DNA of 64,000 nucleotides from Octopus vulgaris (lineage: Eukaryota), in assembly GCA_951406725.2 (NCBI GenBank), contig OX597815.1:43586001-43650000 (forward strand), written 5' to 3'. The number at the start of each line of letters is the position of its first letter. Position 1 is the stretch's first letter. Below the pieces are notes generated by a model. The model ran no database searches, was not told the origin of the DNA, and saw nothing but the letters and a program-made list of their open reading frames with translations. Shown here piece after piece: positions 1 through 14,090 of the stretch. Made by a program: the position numbers and the translations under genes.

Positions 1-270
1 GGGGTCGATTAAATAAGTACCAGTTACGCACTGGAGTCGATATAATCGACTTAATCCGTTTGTCTGTCCTTGTTTGTCCTCTCTGTGTTTAGCCCCTTGT
101 GGGTAGTAAAGAAATAGATATTTCGTCTGCTGCTACGTTCTGAGTTCAAATTCCGCCGAGGTCAACTTAAGGTCAAATTAAGTACCAGTTGCATACTGGG
201 GTCGATCTAATCGATTTCCCTCTTCCCCCAAAATGTCAGGCTTTGTGCTTAGAGTAGAAAGAGTATATGA
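1..270 (+). mobile_element. SINE family A, rearranged tandem partial copies
   Basis: GGGGTCGATTAAATAAGTACCAGTT body, tail ending GTAGTAAAGAAATA, then re-entry at TATTTCGTCTG...GTTCAAATTCC (B box); same family as 40396 and 46350. Confidence 0.85.
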
Positions 271-539
271 ATATTGCGCCTTATTTTGGTAAACTCTATG
301 GATACAAATGTAAAAGTCGCACCAGCTTAATCTGAACACAGATGAAACAAAATTACACACACCAAGAAGTGAGTAGCTCTGTCTGTGATCGTTCGACTTG
401 CTATAAACGGGAAGGAAAATCTCCCTTAAATCATGTACCACCGTTATGAACGGGAATGAACCTCCTATATGAAGTACTAAATATCAATGTAAGAATGCCT
501 TTGTTCATAAATCAATAAAATACCGTACGACATTTTGTC

Positions 540-643
540 CGACTCTCTCTCTCCCTCTCTGACTCTCTCTCCCTCTCTCACTCTCTCTCCCTCACTCTCA
601 CGTTCTGTTTCTTGCTATTTGTGCTTTACACAAACACACACAC

Positions 644-699
<56 letters not shown>

Positions 700-712
700 T
701 TATACATGCATG

Positions 713-761
<49 letters not shown>

Positions 762-1019
762 ATATGCATATATACAAGTACAGCCAGCCCTCAATCGTGT
801 CAAGCATAGCTCGATACCATGCACCGTGTTTCGTAAACTGTTTTAGACGCTTATATAATCAGGGGCAGACATAGAGGCTCCCTCTCGCAACCCCACCCTT
901 AACCCAGCGGCAGATCCAGATTGTGACAGCTGCGGGGAAGGGGGAGATAAAGGGGGGATAGAGAGGGAGCGAAGAGAGGGAAGAGGAAGAGAGGGGATAA
1001 AGAAGGGAGAGAGAAGGGT

Positions 1020-1082
<63 letters not shown>
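540..1082. repeat. (TC)n, (TA)n and purine-rich/(GA)n microsatellites
   Basis: Directly visible; they explain the S/L, Y/I and similar low-complexity ORFs. Confidence 0.95.
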
Positions 1083-1088
<6 letters not shown>

Positions 1089-1232
1089 ACCAACTGTCAA
1101 TTGGCATTCATTTACAGCTAAGCAACCTGGAGCAATATAAAATCTATGTGCCTTACGCAATCCAGATTTGAACCCACAGCTTTCAGATCGTGAATCGAAC
1201 ATTCTTAGCCATTGGGAGAAGCGCCGTCACAC
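1083..1232 (-). mobile_element. Degraded tRNA-derived SINE
   Basis: Minus strand reads GGCGCTTCTCCCAATGGCTAAGAATG...GGGTTCAAATCTGG (A/B-box-like head) followed by a TGTAAATGAATGCC-type body. Confidence 0.55.
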
Positions 1233-1403
1233 ACGAGCACGCACACATAAATAGGTGCACTTATATCCATACTCCTCATTTTTCCATTCTCCTCTTTTTC
1301 ATTCTCTTCATCGAATCGAGGCCAATTGAAGAAACTCGAGCTCCAAAGATGCTTATCCTCCACACGTTCTTGTCCAACGTGCCAGAGCATTTACATGCAC
1401 GCC

Positions 1404-1471
1404 TACATACTTACATACATACATACATACATACATACAAACATACATACCTACATACATACATACATACA

Positions 1472-1502
<31 letters not shown>

Positions 1503-1747
1503 GTACATACATACATACATACGTACATATATACATACATACATACATACATACATACATACATACATACATACACACATGCATACATACATAAACATAC
1601 ATACATACATACGTACATACATACGTACATACATACATGCATGTATACATACATACATGCATACATGCATAAACATACGTACATACATACATACGTACGT
1701 ACATACATACATACATACGTACGTACGTACATACATACATACATACA

Positions 1748-1778
<31 letters not shown>

Positions 1779-2520
1779 GTACATACATACATACGTACAT
1801 ACATACATACATACATACACACATGCATACATAAACATACATACATACATACGTACATACATACGTACATACATACGTACATACATACATACATGTATAC
1901 ATACATGCATACATGCATAAACATACATACGTACGTACATACATACGTACATACGTACATACATACATACATACATACATACGTACATACATACATACAT
2001 ACGTACATACATACATACATACATACATACATACACACACATACATACATGCATACATACATGCATACATACATAAACATACATACATACATACATACAT
2101 ACGTACATACATACGTACATACATACATACATACATACATACATACATACGTACGTAGATACATACGTACATACGTACATACATACATACACACATACAT
2201 ACATACATAAACATACATACATACATACGTACATACATACGTACATACATACATACATACATACATGTATACATACATAAACATACATACATACGTACAT
2301 ACATACATATATACGTACATACATACATACATACATATATACATACATACACACACATACATACATGCATACATACATACATGCATACATACATAAACAT
2401 ACATACATACATACATACATACATACGTACATACATACATACATACATACATACATGCATGCATACATACATACATACATACATACATACATACATACAT
2501 ACATACATACATACATGCAC
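1404..2520. repeat. Compound (TACA)n array, about 1.1 kb
   Basis: TACA units interspersed with TACG, TAAA, TGCA and CACA variants. Confidence 0.97.
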
Positions 2521-2693
2521 ACATTCATGCGAATGTGCACTTCTCTACGTGTTCTTGCCAGAATGATGGGAACTTATTAAACCCCTCTTAGAATTCTGAC
2601 AACTCCTATCTTACACATACCACCCCATTCCTTTTCCATCTGACAGTTTTAACACCCCACCCAATCATACATACATACATACATACACACTTA

Positions 2694-2724
<31 letters not shown>

Positions 2725-3218
2725 GCTCTTTCCCTCCTCTCTCTCTCTCTCTTTCTACTTTTATTTTGCTTTTCGTGTTCCTCTTTCATACCTTCTCTCA
2801 ATTGATGGACTCGGTAGAGACACGCGACGAACGAAGTGCCCCTTTCGTAGCATTAACGATGCTGATGAAGTAAATGTACACATATATTTACGCAGCTATA
2901 TATAGATATAACTGCCAAGAGCAGGGCGTTCAGGCATGTAAGTGCAACTTCTTCACGCATTAGAAGGCACGTCCTCGGGGTATTACTGTACTGTTTTTCT
3001 GCACGCGCGCACACAAACACAAGATTCAGTTTCTCACATAAATACAAAAACACGTCAATAGACAGATACAAGCACTCGTAGAAGATACGTGTGAGCATGC
3101 ATCAGAATGTTTGTGGATGTGCGATTAACTCTGTATGTGTGTGTGTGTGTGTGTGTAAGTATATGTGTCCATATATTCGAATGTTTTTAGTGAATTAGTA
3201 TATCTTTTTATTTTTCTT

Positions 3219-3441
3219 TACTACCGACAAGGGGCTAAACACAGAGGGGACAAACAAGGACAGACAATGGGATTGAGTCGATTACATCGACCCCAGTGCG
3301 TAACTGGTACCTAATTTATCGATCCCGAAAGGATGAAAGGCAAAGTCGACCTCGGCGGAATTTGAACTCGGAACGTAACGACAGACGAAATACGGCTACG
3401 AATTTCGCCCGGCGTGCTAACGTTTCTGCCAGCTCGCCGCA
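3219..3441 (-). mobile_element. SINE family A, full length
   Basis: Minus strand: GCGGCGAGCTGGCAGAAACGTTAGC (A box) ... GTTCAAATTCC (B box), then GTCGACTTTGCCTTTCATCCTTTCGGGATCGATAAATTAGGTACCAG (resembles the Meta/MESC central domain, from memory), then the tail. Confidence 0.9.
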
Positions 3442-3828
3442 TTTTAATGAATTATTATATCTGTCGACTTTTTTACGGTTCTAGTTTTAAAATCCATGAA
3501 TCATTAAAATGCAAAGACTACAAAAGCGAAAAACTCATTGTTATCGAATTCAATTGAATACATACATATATAGGCATAGACACAAACGCATATACATATA
3601 TGCGGGCACACACACACACTCGTACACACACATACAGGGAGGGAAGGAGAGAGAGAGGGTGTGGTATGTCAACACTGCATAGAGGAAGCGAATTGCCTAT
3701 TACATACAAAATCATAAACGTATAAGGTTTCGTGAATACAAAAACGTATGCTTTACCTGTAATTATATCTATATTTAACTCTTTCACTTTCTACCTTGTC
3801 GTATCTGTTTTTCCTACCCTACTTTTCG

Positions 3829-4565
<737 letters not shown>

Positions 4566-4939
4566 ATGCAGAAACAATGCTTTACGTTGCATACATATAG
4601 GTTTAGCCTCAGCATAGTAGTACACGCAAAACTTTACAAATCTGAGTCATATATTAGAAAACACTCCAAAACATGCAGTTAAACAGACAATTATATATAC
4701 AATTATGGTTTAGGGAGGAACAAGAATTGCTTACGGGTATTACCTAATATGGAGAGGTAAAGTAAAGGGGTGGAATAGTTAAGAAGGAGACGAACGTTTT
4801 TGATTCAAAGTAACGAAGGTGAAAATGAGTGGAGGAACATATATATATAGAGAGAGAGAAAGAGAGAAAGAGTGAGTGACTGAGTGAGGTAGAGAGAGAG
4901 ACAGAGAAAAACACATACATATAGGAATACATACAAGCA

Positions 4940-5009
<70 letters not shown>

Positions 5010-5359
5010 CATACACACGAACATGTAAAGACATACACTTATCCAAACGTACAAATGCACACCCACATACACACACACATACACTCTCTCTCTCTCTGTC
5101 TATCTATATATATATAGAGAGAGATAGACAGATATATATATATATATATATAAAACACATTATGTATTATTTATTATATATCATATAATAATATGTATAA
5201 AATGTAGTTTTATCACTGCGTGCCGGGATTCCTAGAGGCAAAATCAGAGACTCAAAACATACATACATACATACATACATACATACATACATACATGCAT
5301 GCATGCATGCATGCATACATACATGCATACATACATACATACATACATACATACATACA

Positions 5360-5394
<35 letters not shown>

Positions 5395-5499
5395 GTATAT
5401 ACAAATATATATGTATGTGTGTGCATCTCTGTATAAATACATATCATTGATATTATGCTAAACTGTCGTATGTGCAAATTTGGCCAAATGCGTTTTTTC

Positions 5500-5642
5500 C
5501 AATATTCAGAGTTCGAATTCCGCAAAGGTTGACTTTGCCTTTCGGCGTCGATAAATTAAGTACCAGTTACGTACTGGGGTCGATCTAATCGGCTGGCCCC
5601 CTCACCAAAATTTCAGGCCTTGTGCCTAGAGTGGAAAAGAAT
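5500..5642 (+). mobile_element. SINE family A, 5'-truncated
   Basis: GTTCGAATTCC B box, GATAAATTAAGTACCAG body and GGCCTTGTGCCTAG tail variant. Confidence 0.8.
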
Positions 5643-6011
5643 ATTTATCTATGCTTTCAATAGCCGTTTGTTTTAGTCAAACTTGCCTCAAATGCAAGAT
5701 TTCAAAAGTTGTCCAAGTGTAGTTCCACTGTTTTGCTATGGAATGGTGAAACTATGTTTTTTTCAAAAAAAAAAAAAAAGCAACGTTTTGGATACAACAC
5801 TTTTGCATATTAGCGACGAATATAAATAAATATATATAAATGTATACACGCGCGCAAGCACACATATGCATATTGTCACATATATGTACATAAATCCGTA
5901 TCTATATATATGTGTGTGTACATGCCTGAATCTGTTTGCGTTTCTGTGTGCTCTTGTATGTATGTGTGTGTGCGTGAGACCGTGTGTGTATAGGCAGAAT
6001 AAAAACGGTCT

Positions 6012-6226
6012 CTTTTACTCTTTTACTCTTTTACTTGTTTCTGTCATTTGACTGCGGAGTACCGCCTTTAGTCAAGCAAATCGACTCAAGGACTTATTCT
6101 TTGTAAGCCTAGTACTTATTTTATCGGCCTATTTCGTCGAACCGCTAAGTTACGGAGACGTAAACACACCAGCATCGGTTGTCAAGCGATGTTGGGGGGA
6201 CAAACTCAGACACACAAACACATACA
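6012..6226 (-). mobile_element. SINE family B, 3' half of the outer copy
   Basis: Reverse complement of the family B 3' region ending AAGTAAAAGAGTAAAAGAG. Confidence 0.85.
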
Positions 6227-6251
6227 GGCACATACATACATATATATATGT

Positions 6252-6282
<31 letters not shown>

Positions 6283-6283
<1 letters not shown>

Positions 6284-6443
6284 GCGTAGGAGTGACTGTG
6301 TGGTAAGTAGCTTGCTTACGAACCACATGGTTCCAGGTTCAGTCCCACTGCGCGGCACCTTGGGCAAGTGTCTTCTTCTATAGGCCTCGTCCCGATCAAA
6401 GCCTTGTGATTGGATTTGGTAGGCGGAAACAGAAAGAAGCCCG

Positions 6444-6477
<34 letters not shown>

Positions 6478-6685
6478 GTTTGTGTGTCTGTCTTTGTCCC
6501 CCCAACATCGCTTGACAAACAATGCTGTTGTACTTACGTCCCCGTAACTTAGCGGTCCGGCAAAAAAGACCGATAGAATAAGTACTAGGCTTACAAAGAA
6601 TAAGTCATTGGGTCAATTTGCCTGACTAAAGGCGGTGCTCCAGCATGGCTACAGTCAAATGACTGAAACAACTAAAAGAGTAGAG
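6283..6685 (+). mobile_element. SINE family B, full length with internal (TA)n
   Basis: GGCGTAGGAGTGACTGTGTGGTAAG head, GGTTCAGTCCC B box, CORE-like ACCTTGGGCAAGTGTCTT, central microsatellite, 3' part ending GACTGAAACAACTAAAAGAG. Confidence 0.9.
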
Positions 6686-6730
6686 AGACAGTGTAGAGTA
6701 TATATATATATATAAAGACGCCCGTCGTAA

Positions 6731-6843
<113 letters not shown>

Positions 6844-6846
6844 TAT

Positions 6847-6985
6847 ACGACGGGCTTCTTTCAATTCCCGTCTACCAAATCCACTCACAAGGCTTTGGTC
6901 GGCCCGAGGCTATAGTTCGGTGGGTCTGAAGCCGGAACCATTTTGGTTAGTAGGCTAGCTACTTACCACACAGCCACACCTACGC
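6847..6985 (-). mobile_element. SINE family B, 5' half of the outer copy
   Basis: Reverse complement of the family B head through GAAGCCCGTCGTA. Confidence 0.85.
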
Positions 6986-7470
6986 TTAACACTCGTAGTA
7001 GTTTTCTTAAACCTTTATCAGAGATCGTATCTCTCTATCTTATCTCAATGAAGTGAACTTAATAATCTACAGCTTTTTGTTGCGCATTTCTAGCATTATA
7101 TATATTTTTTCTCATGCAGGAATGTTTTTGAGGCCATTGTTAATTGATTAGTCACAGTATCTGCACATGCTCTATCATGCAAATTGTATATTATCATTTC
7201 AGCTATGTCTGCTGAGTTAGCATGCCCTACGTCCTGTAAATAGCAAGAAGCTATTAGTCGTTCTAAGAGCTGAAGACGGCATCCTTTTAATCGATGAAGG
7301 TGTAAAACTTGAGAAACTCCGATTGATTCCGTTTTTACTGCTCATGGAAAGATCAAAACCTGTGGTTTAACCTATCACTACGTTTACTGTTCACAATATT
7401 ATCAAAATGAGCGTAAGTCACTTCAAGTTTCAATTATCCATTGACGGTACGTAATGAAATTATTAATAAA

Positions 7471-7790
7471 CTAGCAGTATAGCCCGGCGTTGCTCGGGTT
7501 TGTTTTTTTAGTTGCGCTTAAAACGGCAGACTTTGATGTCGCGTTAACAAAGTTTTGACATAGTTTCAATCTTTTTTGAAAAGTAAAAATTTTAAGTGAA
7601 CATTTTTTCTGGTTGAAATACACCGAAAAATGGCGACACGTAACCCGGGACACTGCAGTGACGTTCGTTTTCTGAAAGCTATTTCCGTTTGCCCTATATA
7701 ATTTTTTGTTCATTATGAAGTCAGTACATGAATTTTTTTCTGGATTCACAGGTAAAATCATTTTTATATTTTGAAACCTTGTTCTTATTT
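7471..7790 (-). mobile_element. Non-autonomous Helitron 3' end
   Basis: Minus strand ends AAACCCGAGCAACGCCGGGCTATACTGCTAG followed by T (hairpin plus CTAG), same terminus as 35163-35462; 5' boundary uncertain. Confidence 0.65.
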
Positions 7791-8034
7791 AAAATGGAAT
7801 TCTGCTGAACCTTTAGGCAAATTGAGACGAATTCGATGGCGAAGTGACTCATACTTGTCATATATATATATATATATATATAAATATATATATACTTGGA
7901 AATGGATGCGTGGCGTCCGATCATATAATGATATACATAATATACATATATATATATATGTATATATATAAATGCAGATATACATATATGTACATACCTA
8001 CATATATATGTATATACACATGCATATAGCTATA

Positions 8035-8640
8035 GGACGTCAAAAAAACGTCAACAACATGAAAACGAGAACAGGAAAATAAAAACATGGAAAACGAACT
8101 TTTTTCGGAAACGAAAGAAACAGATAGAGAAACGAGACAGGCATCATAAAGAATAATCCCTTCATCAGCTGTCCCCTGTTTTATCTACTCCACGTTTCGA
8201 ACGCTTAGGACAAGATGCGTCTTCATTAAAACAGTCGTTTCCGCCAAGCAAATTAAATAAAATTTGGGATTTGCGGAGGGTTAAAGTGGTAACAAAAACA
8301 GGACAGTAAGAACAAATCAGTAAAAACAAACGATAAGGGCTGTCAAGCCATAACGAGGTGAAGTGGTGAACACTGGAGAAACGAGCTCTGACAGGAGACA
8401 GGCAAAAATGTGCGTTATCTCTTGTGAGGCAAGGAGAGGAAAGAAAGATAGCCGCTGGTCACGGGTGAGCAACGAGAGAGTCAAGGAGGAAGTGTGAAGG
8501 AGAGAGAGAGGGAAAGAAAGAGAACGGTGAAGGGGAGGAGAAGAATTAGAGAAAGGGTGGGAGAGAAAAACAGAAAGAAAGAAGAATAAGAGAGGGAGAA
8601 TAGAGATAGTGATAGGATAGTTATAAAGTGTCGCATCAGA
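8035..8640 (-). mobile_element. Non-coding repeat with degenerate hammerhead motifs (PLE pLTR-like)
   Basis: Shares GGACAGCTGATGAAGGG and the downstream T-rich segment with 41574-41715 (+); bracketed by direct repeats at 7898-7924 and 8663-8689. Confidence 0.5.
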
Positions 8641-8904
8641 ATTATTAAGATAACACCTACATGGAAATGGATGCGTGGTGTTCGATCATTTAATTTTATA
8701 TATATATATATTCATACATATATGAACATACCTACAATATACACACACACACACACACGCACTCACACACACATACACACACATACATATGCATGATTTT
8801 ATGTAGATGTGTATGCATATTCAGGCACATTTCCCTGCTATTTCGCTGCATAATGATTTAATTACTTAATAATTATAATAATGGTTACAAAATTGTGCAT
8901 ACGG

Positions 8905-9668
8905 CCAGCAAGTTCGGACCCGAGTGCTTGACTGGTATTTGCTTTATTGAGCCCGAGAAGATGAAAAGCAAAGTCGAGCTCGGTCGAATTTGAACAAATA
9001 CCGCTATGCATTTTGCTCGTCACGCTAACAATTCTGCCAGCTCGCCACCTTCTTCATAATAATAATAAGTATTAGGTTGTCCCAAAAGTTCGTAAACACT
9101 TGCGAAAATTGAATTTTTACTCGCCAAGTACTAACAAAAACAACAAAAATTATTCCTCAAAATAAAGACCATTATTTTCCAAGACTTTCTACGAACTTTT
9201 GGGACAACCTTATAATATTCTTTCTAACCTTGGCACAAAGCCACCAACTTTTAAAGAAGGGAGCAAGTCGATGCCATTGGCCCTAGCACTTGATTAGTAT
9301 TTCATTTTATCGACCTTCGAGAAGGTGAGAGAGAAAGCTGATCTCGGTGACTTTAAAACTCAGTATGTAAAGATCCGGAAAAAATGTAAAAAAGCATTTT
9401 ACGGACGCTCTAATGATTCTGCCAGCTCTCCGCTTTCTTATTAATTCTTTCTTTTATAGGTCTGAAATTTTTTAGTTGTGGGTGGGGTGCTAGTTGACTA
9501 TATTGACACCAGGCTCTACTAGTACTTACTTTATCGACCCCGAAATGATGAAAGGCAAAGTGAACATCGAAAGAATTTGAATTCAGGACATAAAAGCAAG
9601 CAGATTGCCGCTAAGCATTTTCTTTGGCGTGCTATCATTTCTGCCAGTTTGCTGCCTTTCGCCGCCTT
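8905..9668 (-). mobile_element. Cluster of three degraded family A SINEs
   Basis: TTCTGCCAGCTCGCC-type heads near 9030-9050, 9418-9435 and 9640-9668, each with body remnants. Confidence 0.8.
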
Positions 9669-10671
9669 CTTAATAATAAGTGTTACTACTACTACTGTCA
9701 TGAAATTCCCCATAAATACCACCAAAACTTATGGTGTTTTTAATGCTGCTGTCATTCTTATCGTATTTAAAATAATATTCAAACTAGACTTCAGCTGAAC
9801 ATGTTCCAAAGTAATATGAACTGAACCTATCAGCATTTTCTTTCCTTAGTAATGGGAAAGATATTACTTCTAATGAATTTCATTATCAGCGGTGGATAGA
9901 GCACAGGGTTGATGTATGGGAAAAACGAAGAATATCACCGTGACGGAGAGGGCTGTATGGAGAGAGGTATATAGCAAGCTTTGGTTGCGTATACATATGA
10001 TGGAAGACATTTTCTGGGATGTGAATATTTTTAGAGTGGGCGAGTGTTCTACATAAAAAACAAGGAAGGGGGAAGTGTTAGATTTAAAGACTAATGGAAA
10101 TGGGATTTATAAATATATGTAAAGTTTGAATGTGCACTCTTGCATGAAGGTCGACGTTCTTAATACATCCTAATACATCGTACATCAACACGCTATACAT
10201 AGATGTTTCTATATGCGTGTAAATAATTATATATACGTTTCAAATATAAATTTTAAAATTAGCAGAAATCTGTAAAGGTAAGCATCTATATAAATATACA
10301 TATACACATATGGATATGAATGTTTGGGATTCGATTATAAGGAATAGAAAAATATTAAAATAATATTCTACGTTTGTGTCTGAGCGCGAGAGCATACATG
10401 TCTGTAGGACGTGAGATATATTGGATGGATACGAAAATAGAAATGCACACAGACAACAAATTGGCATAAACACACAGACATGCACAAACACACACACACA
10501 CACATACATACATACATACATACATACATACATACGTACATGCATACATACATACATACATACACACACACGCACGTACACGCACGCTCACACACACATA
10601 CATAATAAAAGAACGAAAATGCACACAGTTTACATAGTTTTAAATTATTCTAAATTAAGGAGTATTGTAGT

Positions 10672-10704
10672 TGTCGACCGGTTTCGCTTTCGCTAATCAT
10701 GACA
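10672..10704 (-). ncRNA. Hammerhead remnant (core partly deleted)
   Basis: Minus: TGTC-[CTG missing]ATGA-TTAGCGAAAGC-GAAA-CCG-GTC-GACA; stem I TGTC/GACA; palindromic ACCGGT stem III. Confidence 0.55.
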
Positions 10705-10719
10705 TTGAAATTATTGTAA

Positions 10720-11655
10720 TTTAGTATTTTCAGTTTACAATGGAATATAATAAAGAACAGCTCCCTTTCTTAGATATTCTGAAAAAAAGTCAATAACCAA
10801 ATTGTAACTGACGTTTATCATAAACCAACGGACTCGAAGCAATATCTTCTCTTTAGCTCGTGCCACCCGAAACACACTAAAAGAAATATTTTCTTTAATT
10901 TAGCGAAAAGGATTTCCACAGTAGTGTCTGATGACTCGGAACCTCCGTCTTCAAGACCTCAGAACAACACTAACTGAGAGACACTATCCACCCTCACTTA
11001 TAGGTATTAAAGAAAATAGGTATTAAAACACTACGAGAAGCAAAACGAAGCAACACCCCTCATCTCAAAATACTACCGCATATATCAACTCACAACCCTA
11101 GAAACAATGAGGCATACAACACTATTGTACAAAATTCACCAATGCTTAATGGGGGTTAAAAATGAAAAGCATTCTGAAAACGCATAAATTCATCAAATGT
11201 AAATTGCAACCCAAATTGCTGAAAAGACTTCTGACAAATTCAAAGCTTCACACAACAAGCACGGAACGAATGGTTAAAAAACGTGGATGTCCAAACTGTG
11301 GAACATGCCCTCAACCTACTGGAAGGCTCGGAATTCCTATTCAGACAAGGAGAGAGGTTCACAATTAAGACCAACTTCACTTGTGCATCTAAGAATTTAA
11401 TTTATTATAACTTGTTCAGGTTGTGGACACAGCTATATAGGACAGACAAGTATGTCACTTGGATAATCATGCTACATAAAGAACAGATACCTTTGAGTGC
11501 ACACATAAAGATGTGTAGGGAATCTCCAACCAAATTTCAGTTTTCCCCTTCTACCAGTGCAAAGGAACAATTTCTGTACAAGATCGTTTAAATGAAGAAG
11601 ATATATTATCGAAAAATACAGAACACGCCTAAATATGAACGCACAACCAGCTTTG
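10720..11655 (+). pseudogene. Penelope-like element: RT C-terminus plus GIY-YIG endonuclease, frameshifted
   Basis: Manual translation: IFQFTMEYNKEQLPFLDIL, TDVYHKPTDSKQYLLFSSCHPKHTKRNI, GCPNCGTCP linker, FTIKTNFTCASKNLIYY, TCSGCGHSYIGQT. Confidence 0.9.
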
Positions 11656-11659
11656 GTCT

Positions 11660-11706
<47 letters not shown>

Positions 11707-11743
11707 CATACATACATACATACATATATACATACATACACAT

Positions 11744-11918
11744 TCAAAGAAATTACCTGACAGGCTGGATAGCTACTACACAAGGATGCTACGAATGGTC
11801 CTAAATGTGAAATGGCAGCAACATATATAAGAAACAAATACCTTTATGAGGACCTACCAAAAGTTAGCGAGATCAGACAAAGACGGCAGTGAATATTTGG
11901 TCACAGCGTACACCAACC

Positions 11919-11921
<3 letters not shown>
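11744..11921 (+). pseudogene. RTE-like LINE RT C-terminal fragment
   Basis: Translates (one frameshift) RLDSYYTRMLRMVLNVKWQQHI / NKYLYEDLPKVSEIRQRR..FGH, matching the LDGxYTRMLR...LRFAGH pattern. Confidence 0.75.
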
Positions 11922-11980
<59 letters not shown>

Positions 11981-12374
11981 CATGACATTTACAAGGACAA
12001 CTTGATTGCAGACACTGGCCTGGAATGTATCCAGAACCTCGAGGCTGTCACGTTGGGCCGAGAGGTGTTGTGGGTGGACTTTGTTACTGTGGTCCGGGAT
12101 CCCTACAAACGTACAGAAGCATCGATGATAATTCAAAATCTGCAAAACTTGGAAAAGAAGACCTTACCTCAGGGAAAATTATGCTGACGAAGGATGAGGA
12201 TGAGGAAGAAAAAACGGTTTAAAAATTGCTGGAAGCTGGATACTGGGTCAGGAACTGGGCAGAAAAGAAAAAAAACAGCTCAAAGTCAAAAACAGTGGAG
12301 TCGATACTTCTATGCTTCATAGAGAGCGAAAATATCAAACAGGTAACGTGTGTGTGGTAGGGTCTACAAATATA

Positions 12375-12520
12375 GAGGCATGGCTGTGTGATAAGAAACT
12401 TGCGTCTCAATCATGTAGTCTTGGGTTCAGTCCTACTGCGCAGTATCAATGGCAAGAGTCTTCCATAATAGCCACGGGCTGACTAAAGTCTTGTGAGGGG
12501 GTTTTGTAGACATATACCTG

Positions 12521-12573
<53 letters not shown>

Positions 12574-12713
12574 AAAAATTATATATAAAAAATACAAAAT
12601 GGGACAAGAACGCAAAAAACACAAAGAGACGATACAAAGAACGGACGGGTCATTCGAAGCCACTAATCTTCAGTCAGGAACCGGATCGTCCTAGCAAATT
12701 TATATGTATGTGT

Positions 12714-12761
<48 letters not shown>

Positions 12762-12950
12762 ACATGTGTGTATGTGTGTGTGTGCCATTATCCTTGTGCT
12801 AGTCCCCACCACCGCTTCAGTAAAAAGAGTTCGATAGAATAAATACAAGGCTTAAGTATAGGTACTGGGTTCCATTTTATTCGACTAAATCCTACAAGGT
12901 GGTGTCCCAGCATGGCTGCAGTGTAAAGACTGAAGCAAGTAAAAGATAAA
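12375..12950 (+). mobile_element. Degraded family B SINE split by microsatellites and an insert
   Basis: Head GGCATGGCTGTGTGATAAG at about 12378; 3' part GGTGTCCCAGCATGGCTGCAG...AAGTAAAAG at about 12900-12945. Confidence 0.7.
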
Positions 12951-13025
12951 ACATATTGAGAGTGATAGCAAGTGAGTTCAGCTGAAACTTCGAGGTTACA
13001 ATCAGCAATATTCTTGTATAAGAAT

Positions 13026-13122
<97 letters not shown>

Positions 13123-13551
13123 ATAGATATTAATGTTTGTTTTTATGTTAAGTTATGATAAAAGCTATTTTACAATAATTCGATGGGCCACACTGTATTT
13201 TTGCAGAGTGTAAATTTATCATTCATATACAAGAATAAAATATAGATAGATAGGTAACTAGATAGAAAATAGATAGATAGAAAGACAGACAGACGGATAA
13301 ACGTGTTAGTTCTATTATGTTTTTACTTCAGTGACTTCTTTGTCTGTATTTCTGCTCTATTACTTTCTATTTGACAATCATGGTTTTTTAATCATCTACA
13401 ACGAAAGTCCTAAATGTATAATAAAAATATCGCGACCTACATATTCACTTTGCATTATTTTTTTGTGTGTTTATGCTGTCTTTACACAGAGAAATATATA
13501 CCTATATTCATATATGCGTTTACTTGCGTGAATGTGTATGTATGTGTGTGT

Positions 13552-13601
<50 letters not shown>

Positions 13602-13632
13602 AAATAGGGTATTAATAAATTATTATTACCAG

Positions 13633-13664
<32 letters not shown>

Positions 13665-13950
13665 TGTATGTATGTATGTATGTATGTATGTATGTATGTA
13701 TGTATGTATGTATGTATGTATTTATGTATGTATATAATGTATATCTGGATATGTTAAGGCCATCCCTACATATTTTCCGTAGAAATTATAGCCAGTACTT
13801 CTATGGAAAATCTGTGGAGATGATCTTAACACGTGATTTAAGAGCACTGCTAACACTGTAGTGCGCGCTATTGACTTACAAAAATGTTTAAATATACTTT
13901 GTAGTATATTATAGTAACATAACGAAATAGCGTGTCGCTACCACTTATTA

Positions 13951-13982
<32 letters not shown>

Positions 13983-14053
13983 GGCGTACTGTATGTATGT
14001 ATGTTCCGATGGTAGAAAGATATTCGTAAATAGTTAGGGATGGTATGACAGGG

Positions 14054-14090
14054 TGTTTTACGTTTCGAGCAAAGCTCTTCTTCAGAAACA
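14054..14090 (-). ncRNA. Minimal type I hammerhead ribozyme
   Basis: TGTTT-CTGAAGA-A-GAGC(TTT)GCTC-GAAA-CG-TA^AAACA: intact core, 5-bp stem I, 4-bp stem II, loopless palindromic ACGT stem III. Confidence 0.8.

Noticed and set aside
2861-2905. CTGATGA followed by hairpin GTAAAT/ATTTAC
   Set aside because: GCAG instead of GAAA follows, and there is no stem I partner.
12640-12682. Minus-strand CTGAAGA...GAAT near the PLE
   Set aside because: GAAA is broken, stem II is poor and there is no stem I.
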